Source of the DNA: an uncultured Planctomycetales bacterium
GTDB taxonomy: Bacteria; Planctomycetota; Phycisphaerae; UBA1845; CAIVHJ01
Direction: 5' to 3'
NCBI GenBank assembly: GCA_964619935.1
Contig: CAZUGO010000030.1
Span: forward strand, 80,990-144,989
Length of the DNA: 64,000 nt
Numbering within the stretch: the first letter of the stretch is position 1; each line of letters starts with the position of its first letter. The position numbers and the translations under genes were made by a program. Under the pieces are notes generated by a model that saw only the letters and a list, made by a program, of their open reading frames with translations, was not told where the DNA came from and did not search any database. Below are positions 49,338 through 58,600 of this stretch, one piece after another.

Positions 49338-50333
49338 TCATTCCAGAAAACCAAGCACCCGCGTCACTTCCCTGCGGCTGCCGATGATCAGCGGCGTGCG
49401 CTCGTGCAGTGCAGACGGCTGCTTCTCGAGAATGCGTTCCCGGCCGTCGCTGGCCATGCCGCCGGCCTGCTCGGCCAGCATGGCCATCGGGTTGGCTTCG
49501 TACAGCAGCCTCAATTTGCCTTGCGGCTGCTTGGCCGTCGGAGGATACAGAAACACGCCCCCGCGGAGCAAGGTGCGATGGAAATCGGCGACCAGCGAAC
49601 CGATGTAGCGCAGGGAATAGTTGTCCTGCTTGGCCGCTTCGAGATAGTTCTGGATGCCACGGGGGAATGACGCCCGATAGGCCTCGTTGACGCTGTAGGT
49701 CTTACCGACATCGGGCATGATCACGTTCTCGGTGTGCAACACGTAGGCCCCAATATCGGGATCGAGCGTGAACATGTGCACGCCGTGACCGGTGGTGTAG
49801 GTGAGCACCGTGCTGCTGCCATAGACCACGTAACCGGCGGCGACCTGTTCGGTACCGGGTTGCAACAGATGCTGCACCGGGTCGCGGGTGTCCCAGGCGT
49901 CGGCGGTGCGCCGCAGGACTGAGAAGATGGTGCCGACCGAGACATTGACGTCGATGTTGCTCGAGCCGTCCAAGGGATCGAACAGCACCATGTAACGGCC
50001 ATCGTGGCCGACATCTTTGATGACGTGTGGCTCGTCGTCCTCCTCGGAGGCGATGATGCCGATGTTGCCGCGGTAGCCCAGGGTTCGCAGCAGCGTTTGA
50101 TTGGCAATCCGATCGAGCCTCTGGACCACCTCGCCCTGGACATTGGTGCTGCCATCGCTGCCCAACACGCCGACCAGGCCGGCCCGGCGGACGTTCGCCT
50201 CGATGATCTTGGTGGCCAGGGTGATGCCGGACAACAGCCAACTGAACTGGCCGGTGGCCTCCGGATGGAGCTGCTGTTGCTCGATGATGTGGCTCTGAAC
50301 CGTGACGATGCGCGATTGGTCGTGTATGGGCAT
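49338..50333 (-). CDS. fbp: Fructose-1,6-bisphosphatase class 1
   Basis: ORF 49338..50630 trimmed to ATG 50333 (MPIHDQSRIVTVQSHII). Motifs LFDPLDGSSNIDVNVSVGTIFSV and GKLRLLYEANPMA. Confidence 0.9.
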   Translation of the reverse strand: MPIHDQSRIVTVQSHIIEQQQLHPEATGQFSWLLSGITLATKIIEANVRRAGLVGVLGSDGSTNVQGEVVQRLDRIANQTLLRTLGYRGNIGIIASEEDDEPHVIKDVGHDGRYMVLFDPLDGSSNIDVNVSVGTIFSVLRRTADAWDTRDPVQHLLQPGTEQVAAGYVVYGSSTVLTYTTGHGVHMFTLDPDIGAYVLHTENVIMPDVGKTYSVNEAYRASFPRGIQNYLEAAKQDNYSLRYIGSLVADFHRTLLRGGVFLYPPTAKQPQGKLRLLYEANPMAMLAEQAGGMASDGRERILEKQPSALHERTPLIIGSRREVTRVLGFLE

Positions 50334-50416
50334 GAGCGGATCCTCACGATTCGCCGGGTGCCGCGAATGGCGATCCCATCCCGGCGGGTCCAGTATGTCT
50401 GCAAACGGCGGCAGCG

Positions 50417-51142
50417 TCAATCCGGGATGGCATCCAGGGTCACGATTATGACATTGTAGACCGCGTGGCATCCGGCAGTGATGCCGTAGCCGCGCACCAG
50501 GAACAAGCCGCCCAGATACACGCCGGCGAGCGTCCGAAAGATAAAACGACCCGTCTGGTAGGGCTCGCGCCCCAGCGGAGGATGATGGTGGGCGGCAAAC
50601 AACAGCGCCGCCATGATCACGGCCGAACACACCGCATGCCGCCCTTTGAGTTTGAGGACGTCTTCGAGCAGAATCACAATGGCGGTAACCAGGATGAGTC
50701 GAAAGACCAGCTCCTCGTAGACCCCGGCACCGGTGCTGATGACGACATTCTCAAACCAGCGTCGCCCGGGGCTGGCGTCGGCCAGGGCCGTGTAGCGGAT
50801 GAACTGGTTCATCGCGAACAGCGGAGCGGTCCAGACCAGTGATTCGCCCATCATGCCCAACAGGGTATTGATCCGAATGCGCCAGGGATCGCCGCTGACA
50901 AAGTGGCTGGCCAACAGAATCCCGATGATCAGGATGCCCGGCAGGAAGATCCCGGTGGCGCCCAGCACGCTGAAGAACAGTTGCATCAGGTGATAGGCGA
51001 TGACCTGTTCGGTCTCGGCGAGCGGCCCCTGGGCGTCGATGCGGGCGGCCCCCAGTTCGTAGGCCAAAATGAGCGGCAGCAGGTACACCAGGCTGTACAG
51101 CGGCCGCTTGGACTCCTCAAAATACGATGTCTTGTCACGCAT
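50417..51142 (-). CDS. CPBP-family (CAAX/Abi) intramembrane metalloprotease
   Basis: Polytopic membrane protein with EELVFRLIL, FAAHHH and HAVYN motifs. Confidence 0.8.
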   Translation of the reverse strand: MRDKTSYFEESKRPLYSLVYLLPLILAYELGAARIDAQGPLAETEQVIAYHLMQLFFSVLGATGIFLPGILIIGILLASHFVSGDPWRIRINTLLGMMGESLVWTAPLFAMNQFIRYTALADASPGRRWFENVVISTGAGVYEELVFRLILVTAIVILLEDVLKLKGRHAVCSAVIMAALLFAAHHHPPLGREPYQTGRFIFRTLAGVYLGGLFLVRGYGITAGCHAVYNVIIVTLDAIPD

Positions 51143-51213
51143 GGCCGTGTGCCGCCGGGATGCCCGCCCGAACGGCGGCCGGGTCAGCGCTACTGTATGA
51201 TGGAGAAGAATTC

Positions 51214-51888
51214 ATGTCCAACCACGAACACCGCCTCCTGGAGATTTACCGGGCACTATTGACCCACTACGGACCGCAGCGCTGGTGGCCCGCCGACAAT
51301 CCCACCGAGATGATCATCGGCGCCATCCTGGTACAACACACTGCCTGGAGCCAAGTGCCTCCGGCCATCGCCGCACTGCGCCGCCGCCGGCTGCTGGACT
51401 TCAAGCGGCTCGCCAACCAGCCGGCCGCCGCCCTGGCCGAACCCATCCGACCGGCGGGCACGCCCATGGTCAAGGCCCGACGACTTCAAGCCTTCGCCGA
51501 CTGGCTGGGAAGCACGACCGGCTTTGATGTGCAAGCGGCCCTGAATCGCCCGGTCGAGACGCTTCGTGAGCAACTCCTGGCGATCAAAGGCATCGGTCCC
51601 GAAACCGCCGACTGTATCCTGCTGTATGCCGCCAAACGACCATCGTTCGTGGTCGACCGCTCTGCCCGCCGGGTCTTCACCCGCCACTTGCTCATGGCGC
51701 CCGATGAGCCCTCCGATCGGGTCAAGCGATGGCTCGAGTCCAATCTGCCGGAGGAGGTCCCCTTGTACAACGAGTACCATGCCCTCCTGGTGCAGGTCGG
51801 CAAAGAGCACTGCCGCGCGGTGCCGCGCTGCCACCAATGTCCCCTGGAGCACCTCGAGCACTGCGCGGATCGTTCGCCGTGGCGTTGA
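51214..51888 (+). CDS. Endonuclease III-related HhH-GPD protein
   Basis: ORF 51127..51888 trimmed to ATG 51214 (MSNHEHRLLEIY). HhH LAIKGIGPETADCILLYA followed by VVDRSARRV. C-terminal Cys cluster CRAVPRCHQCPLEHLEHC. Confidence 0.8.
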   Translation: MSNHEHRLLEIYRALLTHYGPQRWWPADNPTEMIIGAILVQHTAWSQVPPAIAALRRRRLLDFKRLANQPAAALAEPIRPAGTPMVKARRLQAFADWLGSTTGFDVQAALNRPVETLREQLLAIKGIGPETADCILLYAAKRPSFVVDRSARRVFTRHLLMAPDEPSDRVKRWLESNLPEEVPLYNEYHALLVQVGKEHCRAVPRCHQCPLEHLEHCADRSPWR

Positions 51889-51914
51889 CAGCCGGCCGCC
51901 GGGTGCACTAGGAT
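51885..51914 (+). promoter_or_regulatory. Sigma-70-type promoter for tRNA-Leu
   Basis: TTGACA (51885-51890, overlapping the TGA of the upstream gene), an 18-nt spacer, then TAGGAT (51909-51914). The tRNA starts 14 nt downstream of the -10. Confidence 0.45.
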
Positions 51915-51927
51915 CTTTGCGCGTTCG

Positions 51928-52011
51928 GCCCAGGTGGCGGAATTGGCAGACGCGCAAGGTTGAGGGCCTTGTGCCCCTCGGGGCGTGCTGGTTCGACTCC
52001 AGTCCTGGGCA
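51928..52011 (+). tRNA. tRNA-Leu, anticodon GAG
   Basis: Manual fold: acceptor GCCCAGG/CCTGGGC, D arm GCG-AATTGGCAGA-CGC, anticodon stem CAAGG/CCTTG with loop TTGAGGG, long variable arm GCCCC-TC-GGGGC, T arm GCTGG-TTCGACT-CCAGT, discriminator A. CCA is not encoded. Confidence 0.9.
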
Positions 52012-52039
52012 TCAAGGACTTGCGGCCGCTGGTGAGTTG

Positions 52040-52068
52040 TTGACAACCACCGCCGCACCGACCATAAT
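52040..52068 (+). promoter_or_regulatory. Near-consensus sigma-70-type promoter for the dksA-like operon
   Basis: TTGACA (52040-52045), a 17-nt spacer, then CATAAT (52063-52068). About 35 nt upstream of ATG 52104, which is preceded by AGGA. Confidence 0.5.
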
Positions 52069-52103
52069 CCCCCGATTCTGGACCGCCCCCCGCAGGATCT
52101 GGT

Positions 52104-52775
52104 ATGCGGAAGGTTCCCGTGGCCAAGAAAGCATCCAAGAAAACGGCAAAGAAGAAGGCTACCACCGCCAGCCGAAAAACCTCTGGTGGGGCGGCGAGCC
52201 GCAAGTCCGCCAAGAAGGCAGCCGGTCGCACGTCGGCCCCCAAGGCAGCGACCCGCAAAGGCACGCCCAAGGCGGCAGACCGCAAGATTGCCCCCAAGGT
52301 GGAAGACCGCAAGACCGCCGATGGGCAGCCCGGCAATTCCGGTCCGTCGACTGTTAGTGACGATCATTCAGTCACAGAACTGCCCAAGTGCCCGCTGAGC
52401 GAAGCGGAGCTGGAAGAGTTCCGCCAACTGCTGATTACCAAGCGCAGCGAGTTGGTCGGCAATGTGCGCACGATGACCAACGAAGCGCTCCGTGAGAATC
52501 CGCCAACCGGGTCTGGGAATCTCTCCAGCGTGCCCATCCACATGGCCGACATGGGGTCGGACAACTGGGAGCAGGAATTTACGCTGGGCTTGTTGGCCAC
52601 CGAACGACAATTGCTGCGCGAAATTGATGCCGCCCTCGGCCGCATCGACAACAAGACCTACGGTATCTGTGAAGGAACCCACAAGCCCATCGGCAAGCGG
52701 CGTCTACGGGCGAGCCCCTGGGCCCGGCACTGCATCGAGTACGCCCGGGCCCAGGAATCAGGACGAAGCCGCTGA
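52104..52775 (+). CDS. DksA/TraR-family protein with a degenerate zinc finger and a Lys/Ala-rich N-terminal tail
   Basis: C-terminal half HMADMGSDNWEQEF...AALGRIDNKTYGICEGTHKPIGKRRLRASPWARHCIEYA follows the DksA/TraR pattern, but the four Cys positions read C, T, C, Y. About 25 of the first 70 residues are Lys or Arg (KKASKKTAKKKA...). Confidence 0.8.
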   Translation: MRKVPVAKKASKKTAKKKATTASRKTSGGAASRKSAKKAAGRTSAPKAATRKGTPKAADRKIAPKVEDRKTADGQPGNSGPSTVSDDHSVTELPKCPLSEAELEEFRQLLITKRSELVGNVRTMTNEALRENPPTGSGNLSSVPIHMADMGSDNWEQEFTLGLLATERQLLREIDAALGRIDNKTYGICEGTHKPIGKRRLRASPWARHCIEYARAQESGRSR

Positions 52776-52780
52776 GCGAC

Positions 52781-53377
52781 ATGGACCCCGCCATCAACAC
52801 CCAACAGGCCGAAGCCGGGCGCTGTGGGCTAGATGCCGACCCTGCATACCGCAGCATCGGCGCCCACCTGCGGCTGTGGGGCGTGGCCATCGCCGGACTG
52901 GTGCTCGACCTGTGGTCCAAACAGTGGGCCGCCCTGCATCTGCAAGGGCGTGAATCGCGGCTGCTGATCGACGGGGTCCTGTCTCTGCACTTCAACCAGA
53001 ACCCAGGCGCGCTCTTCGGCATCGGCGGCAAACACAGCCTGGCACCGTTGTTCCTGATTGCCTCGGTGGTGGCCCTGGTGGTCGTGGTCGGGGTGTTCGC
53101 CCGCAGCCACCGGCGGCAATTCAGCTTTCATGTAGGGCTGGGCATGATCATGTCCGGGGCCCTTGGCAACATGTACGATCGGCTGTTCAACGAGGGCCGG
53201 GTGCGCGACTTCATCAAGATCGAGCTGAGCATCGGCAAACTCGAGTTGTGGCCGTGGGTGTTCAACGTCGCCGATATGCTGCTGGTCTGCGGGGTGGCCC
53301 TGCTGATGTTGAACATCTGGTTCGATCGGAAACCCACCGGGACTCCCGAAGGTGACCCTCTCAGCGGCCCACAGTAG
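52781..53377 (+). CDS. lspA: Lipoprotein signal peptidase II
   Basis: Motifs DLWSKQWA, NPGALFGIG, LGNMYDRL, VRDFI and FNVADM. Confidence 0.9.
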   Translation: MDPAINTQQAEAGRCGLDADPAYRSIGAHLRLWGVAIAGLVLDLWSKQWAALHLQGRESRLLIDGVLSLHFNQNPGALFGIGGKHSLAPLFLIASVVALVVVVGVFARSHRRQFSFHVGLGMIMSGALGNMYDRLFNEGRVRDFIKIELSIGKLELWPWVFNVADMLLVCGVALLMLNIWFDRKPTGTPEGDPLSGPQ

Positions 53378-54461
53378 CCATCAGCGGCATATGCGGCGGG
53401 CCATCCAACTGGCCCGCCGCGGGCAGGGCCATGTCGAGCCCAACCCGATGGTCGGTTGTGTCATCGTCAAAGGCCATCGCGTCGTCGGCGAAGGTCATCA
53501 TCGCCGGTTCGGTGGGCCGCACGCCGAAGTGTTTGCCTTGGGCCAAGCCGGTCCGCAGGCGCGCGGGGCCACCGCCTATGTCACCCTGGAACCGTGCAAT
53601 CACTTCGGAAAGACCCCGCCGTGCACTGACGCCCTGCTGGGGGCCGGAATCGCCGCCGTGATCGCGGCCCTCCGCGATCCAAATCCGCGGGTCGCCGGCA
53701 AGGGATTGGGCATTCTTCGGCGCGGCGGAATCGTCGTGACCGAGGGCCTCCTGGCCGACGAAGCCCGCGAGCTGGTCGCCCCGTACCTGAAGCGGTTCGC
53801 CAACGGCCTGCCGTACGTGATCGCCAAGTGGGCCCAAAGCATCGATGGCCGGCTGGCCACCGCTGCCGGCGAATCGAAGTGGATCTCCGGTGAGATCTCA
53901 CGCCGCCGGGCCCACGAGCTGAGGGGTCGAGTGGATGCCGTGATCGTCGGCTCACAGACCGTGCTGCAGGACGATCCGCTGCTGACCTGCCGCGACCGCC
54001 CCGTGCGGCGGTTGGCCGAGCGGGTCGTTCTCGACACCCGGTTGAGAACGCCGCCCCGCAGCCGGTTGGTTCAGACCGCGAGGCAATTCCCCACGCGCGT
54101 CTTCACCGCTGCCGCGGCCTTGGACAGCGCCCGGGCCCGCGCCTTGCGGGCCGCCGGGGTCCTGCTTCAATCCGTGCAACTGCGCGGCGGGCATGTCAGC
54201 CTGCGAACCGTCCTGCGGCGGTTGGCCGCGGCAGGAGCCACCAATGTGCTCATCGAGGGTGGCGGCCAGGTATTGGGTGCAGCCCTGGACGCGCATCTGG
54301 TCGATGAGTGTTATGTGTTCGTCGGGCCGTGCCTGATCGGCGGCGGACGGGCCATCAGTGTGGCGGGCGCGGGAACCGCCCGCATGAACCAATTGCAGCC
54401 GCTGCAGGGGCTCCAGATCCGCCGCAGCGGTTCGGACCTGTTGTACCACTTCAAGCCATGA
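53352..54461 (+). CDS. ribD: Bifunctional riboflavin biosynthesis deaminase/reductase
   Basis: Deaminase motifs HAEVFAL and [14 protein letters not shown], plus a reductase C-terminal half. Starts at GTG 53352 (overlapping lspA), or alternatively at ATG 53391. Confidence 0.9.
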   Translation: MTLSAAHSSHQRHMRRAIQLARRGQGHVEPNPMVGCVIVKGHRVVGEGHHRRFGGPHAEVFALGQAGPQARGATAYVTLEPCNHFGKTPPCTDALLGAGIAAVIAALRDPNPRVAGKGLGILRRGGIVVTEGLLADEARELVAPYLKRFANGLPYVIAKWAQSIDGRLATAAGESKWISGEISRRRAHELRGRVDAVIVGSQTVLQDDPLLTCRDRPVRRLAERVVLDTRLRTPPRSRLVQTARQFPTRVFTAAAALDSARARALRAAGVLLQSVQLRGGHVSLRTVLRRLAAAGATNVLIEGGGQVLGAALDAHLVDECYVFVGPCLIGGGRAISVAGAGTARMNQLQPLQGLQIRRSGSDLLYHFKP

Positions 54462-55198
54462 TCAAAAGCGACCGACATACCCAGGACCGGACGCCCCGCA
54501 AGCTCTCGGTGGTGATCCCGGTGTACAATGAGCGTGCCACACTCGAGAAGCTGCTCCAGCGGGTCGCCGAAGTGAACATTCCGCTGCAGAAAGAAGTGGT
54601 GCTGGTCGACGACTTCAGCACCGACGGCACCCGCGAGTTGTACAGCAAGTTGCCGGCCGCCTTCCCGGACCTCGAGTGGGTGATCCAGATGCACGACCGC
54701 AACCAGGGCAAAGGCGCCGCCTTACGCACCGGGTTTGCCGCAGCCAGCGGCGACATCCTGTTGATCCAGGATGCTGATCTGGAATACCACCCGCGCGACT
54801 ATCCACGGCTGCTGGCTCCCATCCTGGAAGGCGAGGCCGAAGTGGTCTTCGGCTCGCGCTTCGTGGGCAGCGAAGCGCACCGCGTGCTGTTTTTCTGGCA
54901 CATGGTCGGCAACCGCGTGCTGACGCTGTTGTCCAACATGATGACCAACTTGAACCTCACCGACATGGAAACCTGCTACAAGGTGTTCCGCGCCGAAGTG
55001 CTGCAGGGCATCCAGATTCGCTGCGATCGCTTCGGATTCGAACCGGAAATCACCGCCAAGATCGCCCGGCGCCGCGCCCGGGTCTTCGAGGTGGGCATCG
55101 GCTACGCGGGTCGCTCCTACGAAGAGGGCAAGAAGATCACCTGGTGGGACGGCGTGAAAGCCATCGCCGCCATTGTGTACTTCCGGTTTGCGGATTGA
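54458..55198 (+). CDS. Family 2 glycosyltransferase (polyprenyl-phosphate sugar synthase-like)
   Basis: ORF 54308..55198 trimmed to ATG 54458 (ATGA overlap with the ribD stop). Motifs [18 protein letters not shown] and IQDADLEY. Confidence 0.85.
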   Translation: MIKSDRHTQDRTPRKLSVVIPVYNERATLEKLLQRVAEVNIPLQKEVVLVDDFSTDGTRELYSKLPAAFPDLEWVIQMHDRNQGKGAALRTGFAAASGDILLIQDADLEYHPRDYPRLLAPILEGEAEVVFGSRFVGSEAHRVLFFWHMVGNRVLTLLSNMMTNLNLTDMETCYKVFRAEVLQGIQIRCDRFGFEPEITAKIARRRARVFEVGIGYAGRSYEEGKKITWWDGVKAIAAIVYFRFAD

Positions 55199-55202
55199 TT
55201 CC

Positions 55203-56297
55203 ATGAAGCTGGTTAATGTCTGCGGGGCCCGCCCCAACTACATGAAGATCGCGGCCTTGATGCGGGCCTATGCCCGTCATCCGCACATCGAAGCGGTCTT
55301 GATTCACACCGGCCAGCACTACGACCCGGCGATGAACCAGGTGTTCTTCGACGAGCTGGAACTGCCGCGCCCGCAGACGAATCTGGGGGTGGGCAGCGGT
55401 CCGCACGGGCAGCAGACCGCCGCGGTCATGCGCCGCTTTGAGACGGTGCTGCTGGCCGAACGGCCGGACGCCGTGGTGGTCGTCGGCGATGTCAATTCCA
55501 CGCTGGCCTGCGCCTTGACGGCCCGCCACCTGGGGATTCCCACCGCCCACGTCGAAGCCGGCCTGCGCAGCTTCGACCGCAACATGCCCGAGGAAATCAA
55601 CCGCACCTTGACCGACGCGATCAGCGCGGTGTTGCTGGTCAGCGAACCGAGCGGCGTCGAGAATCTGCACCGCGAAGGCGTCGATCCGGCGGCGGTCCAC
55701 CTGGTCGGCAACGTCATGATCGACACCCTGCTTGAACACCTGCCGCGGGCCCGGACGTCGACCGTACACCGCCGTTTGGGCCTGGTGGCGGGGCACTACG
55801 GGCTGGTCACCGTGCACCGCCCGGCCAACGTGGACGACCCCGATGTGTTCCGGGAGATCGGTGACGCGTTGCTGCACATCCAGCGGCAGCGGCCGCTGGT
55901 GTTCTGCATGCATCCGCGAACGCGCCGGCGGGCCGATCCCCAGCGCACGCTGCGCGACCTGCAGGCATGCCAGAACATCCGGTTGATCGAACCGCTGGGA
56001 TACCGTGAGTTTCTCCACTTGATGGCCGACGCCGAAGTCATTCTCACCGACTCGGGGGGCATTCAGGAAGAGGCCACCATCCTGGGCGTCCCCTGCCTGA
56101 CGCTCCGTGACAACACCGAGCGCCCCATCACCGTGACACACGGGACCAACCTGCTGGCCGGCCGGCGCCGCGAGAGCATCCTCGAGGCCCACGAGCGCGT
56201 AGAGGAGATCCGCCGCCGCCCGGAGCGCACGCCGCCGCTGTGGGACGGGCAGGCGGCCGAGCGCATCGCAACGGTGTTGTGCGACGCCTTCTGTTAG
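55203..56297 (+). CDS. wecB: UDP-N-acetylglucosamine 2-epimerase (non-hydrolysing)
   Basis: ORF 55173..56297 trimmed to ATG 55203 (MKLVNVCGARPNYMKIAAL). Motifs HVEAGLRSFDR and LTDSGGIQEEA. Confidence 0.9.
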   Translation: MKLVNVCGARPNYMKIAALMRAYARHPHIEAVLIHTGQHYDPAMNQVFFDELELPRPQTNLGVGSGPHGQQTAAVMRRFETVLLAERPDAVVVVGDVNSTLACALTARHLGIPTAHVEAGLRSFDRNMPEEINRTLTDAISAVLLVSEPSGVENLHREGVDPAAVHLVGNVMIDTLLEHLPRARTSTVHRRLGLVAGHYGLVTVHRPANVDDPDVFREIGDALLHIQRQRPLVFCMHPRTRRRADPQRTLRDLQACQNIRLIEPLGYREFLHLMADAEVILTDSGGIQEEATILGVPCLTLRDNTERPITVTHGTNLLAGRRRESILEAHERVEEIRRRPERTPPLWDGQAAERIATVLCDAFC

Positions 56298-58141
56298 CGA
56301 TGAGGACTGAACTTGCCGCGCTCGTACTCGCCGATCAGACCATCGTGCAGCGCCATCGGGTGTCGATCGGCGTAGTCCATAGAGTAGTTGGCCTCGCGGG
56401 CCTCTGGCGTGCGATACAGTGTCATGCTGTCGAAGCCTTCGCGCTGGGCGATGGCTCGGACGATCCGGGCCTGTTCCTTGAGCGGTGTCTGGGGTGACAG
56501 TCCAGGGATCAGGATCTCGGCGTAGCGGCGCTCGGAACGGTAGGCGTCGGTGCTGCGCAGCACCTCATAGGCGGGTAGGGACGGTTCGCTCGCATCAATG
56601 GCGCCCGCGGGGTCCGGTTCGACGGCGGCCGCCGGCTCGTGCTGTTTGCCCGACAATGCGATCGGTGACGGAGCGCGGGACTTCCGGGACTCGAACGTGG
56701 TCGGATCAGGGTCTCGTGGCGGCAGTGGCGTCGCCAAGACCCGAGCGCGTTCGCGGTACGCCGGCGACTGGCGGTCGGCCACGGGCTGCGGGCTTTGGGC
56801 GGCGGGCCGTGAACTCCGCCGGCTGAACTCCTCGAATCGAACCTGTGACCGTCGCGGCTCAGACTCCGAAACGACCGCCGGCACCGGACCCTGAAGGTGC
56901 GGCGTGAAGCGACCCTGGGCATACTCGCCCAGCAGCCCCTCGGCAAGCGCGCCCGGGTGATCCTGGGCATACTGGACCGAGTGGCGGGCCATGCGGGCCT
57001 CGCGGGTGCAATACACGATCATCCGCTCCAAGGCCTCACGCTCCGCGATCATATGAACGACCCGCGCCTGTTCGTCCAGCGGGACAGCAGGCGACAGTTC
57101 GGGAACCAGCACTTCGGGAATGGCCCGGACGCCAGGCGACCCGCCCACGATATAGAGAATCTCGTAGATCGCCGGGAACGGCCGACCTGCCTGCGGTGCG
57201 CCCGTGGCAAATACCCGGGCGCCGGGGTGCCGCGGCACGCGCTCCCGGCGGACCGCCGAAAGACGTACTGCCGGCCTGGACGTGTGCGCCGGCAGCGGAG
57301 TGAGCACCGCTCGGGCAGCGGAAGTGTCGGCGTTGGCCGCAACGGCACGAGGGTCCACGACCGCTGCTGCCGCTCCAACGGAAGCCGCCGGGGCAATCAC
57401 GGCTGGTGGGCCCGAGCCCAACGGTTGCTCGGGCTTGTCGTGGGCGGCTCGAACCTCGGCAGGCTGTGGGTCCCCAGATGGCTCCGGTTCGACATGCTGG
57501 GCGACGGCGGGTTCCCCTGCAACGACAGGCGCGCAAGCCGCAACTGGGGCCGACTCAGTAACTGGGTCCGGACCATGCACCGCTGCATTGTCCATCGGTG
57601 TTGCAAGTTGATGGTCATCCTGCTCACGACCCGTGGATGGTCGTGACGTTGATGGGAACAAAGCCGCGAGGATTCGGGCGGCTGCATGCTCGGCCGGCTC
57701 GTCGGGCCCTGACTCCACCGGAACGACCGGCTCGGCGGTCCCGATGGTTTGGATCTCCGCAGGCGGCATGGCCATCGATGGAACCGGGAACTCGGCCTGC
57801 TCGACCTCGGCGCCGGCCGGCGAGTTCGCCGGCAGAGGATCGGGTCGATCATCCTCGAAAGGCTCGGCCTCGCCGATCCCCGGCACCGGAACCGCGCCGG
57901 ACTCACCTGGCGGTTCGTCGGCCACCCGCAGAACCGCATCCGCCGGCTCGAATGTGGCCTCACGGCTGGAATTCGCCGCCAGCGCTGCCGAGCCTTCAAG
58001 GTCAACCTCGGGGCCGGCGGCAACCGCCTCAACCCGAGCCCCGGATTCCCGGCCCTGGTGCGACGGACCGCTGCCGTAAGCGAGGACCAACAGGAAGCCG
58101 GAGAAGCCGGCGACCTCCACAAGCGTGATGACCTTGGGCAT
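56294..58141 (-). CDS. Secreted or membrane-anchored hypothetical protein: a Pro/Glu/Ala-rich region plus two copies of an unknown 90-aa domain
   Basis: ORF 56294..58492 trimmed to ATG 58141 (MPKVITLVEVAGFSGFLLVLAYG, a signal anchor). Domain copy A is 56897-57166 and copy B is 56297-56569. 44 of 90 positions are identical in my ungapped manual alignment. Confidence 0.65.
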   Translation of the reverse strand: MPKVITLVEVAGFSGFLLVLAYGSGPSHQGRESGARVEAVAAGPEVDLEGSAALAANSSREATFEPADAVLRVADEPPGESGAVPVPGIGEAEPFEDDRPDPLPANSPAGAEVEQAEFPVPSMAMPPAEIQTIGTAEPVVPVESGPDEPAEHAAARILAALFPSTSRPSTGREQDDHQLATPMDNAAVHGPDPVTESAPVAACAPVVAGEPAVAQHVEPEPSGDPQPAEVRAAHDKPEQPLGSGPPAVIAPAASVGAAAAVVDPRAVAANADTSAARAVLTPLPAHTSRPAVRLSAVRRERVPRHPGARVFATGAPQAGRPFPAIYEILYIVGGSPGVRAIPEVLVPELSPAVPLDEQARVVHMIAEREALERMIVYCTREARMARHSVQYAQDHPGALAEGLLGEYAQGRFTPHLQGPVPAVVSESEPRRSQVRFEEFSRRSSRPAAQSPQPVADRQSPAYRERARVLATPLPPRDPDPTTFESRKSRAPSPIALSGKQHEPAAAVEPDPAGAIDASEPSLPAYEVLRSTDAYRSERRYAEILIPGLSPQTPLKEQARIVRAIAQREGFDSMTLYRTPEAREANYSMDYADRHPMALHDGLIGEYERGKFSPHR

Positions 58142-58385
58142 CAATTCAGCAACTCCCGAAAAAACATGCGATGCGGTCCGCGAGCCAAAATGATCTGTCG
58201 CGCATCGCGAGTGGGCCGATCGCAACCCACAATCGAAGCGTTCAATGCCTATGCCAAAGGAGTTCCACTGCGGGTGTGCCACGCATCCGCAGCAAGCCTC
58301 GATCACCAGCGGCCGCGCGCAGCCCTGACGTCCCTGGACTACGCGCTTCCCGACGGCACCTGATGAAACCAGTGTATTCGAGTGA

Positions 58386-58415
58386 TTATCCCCGCCGCCG
58401 GCTGCGAAAGTCAAC
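58386..58415 (-). promoter_or_regulatory. Sigma-70-type promoter candidate for the duplicated-domain gene
   Basis: The minus strand reads TTGACT-N18-GATAAT. It would give a leader of about 240 nt to ATG 58141. Confidence 0.3.
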
Positions 58416-58533
58416 CGCGGACGACGCGCTCCGCCGGCCGAACCGGCGGCCGTCCGGTATTGTCGGCCGCAGGTCGATGGGCCGGCCGGCAAGCCGTCCC
58501 GGCGGGTCCGATCTGCCGCCGCCGGCGGTGCCC

Positions 58534-58573
58534 GAACAAGAAGGCCGCGGAAGCATGGGGGCCTCCCGCGGCC
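58534..58573 (-). terminator. Rho-independent terminator candidate after the pseudopilin gene
   Basis: The minus strand reads GGCCGCGG-N15-CCGCGGCC (8-bp GC stem) followed by TTCTTGTTC. Begins 28 nt after the stop at 58601. Confidence 0.45.
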
Positions 58574-58600
58574 TGTCTATTGCCGGGTTGCGACCTGGCT

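Noticed and set aside
51195-51213. A TATGAT box 15 nt upstream of the endonuclease-III-like ATG.
   Set aside because: A TSS 7 nt downstream would remove the GGAGAA ribosome-binding site, and there is no -35 and no correctly spaced TG. It is unlikely to be the promoter.
51928-52011. tRNA-Leu as the attachment site of a genomic island.
   Set aside because: No integrase, no direct repeat of the tRNA 3' end, and no compositional shift downstream. The downstream genes (dksA-like, lspA, ribD) are housekeeping.
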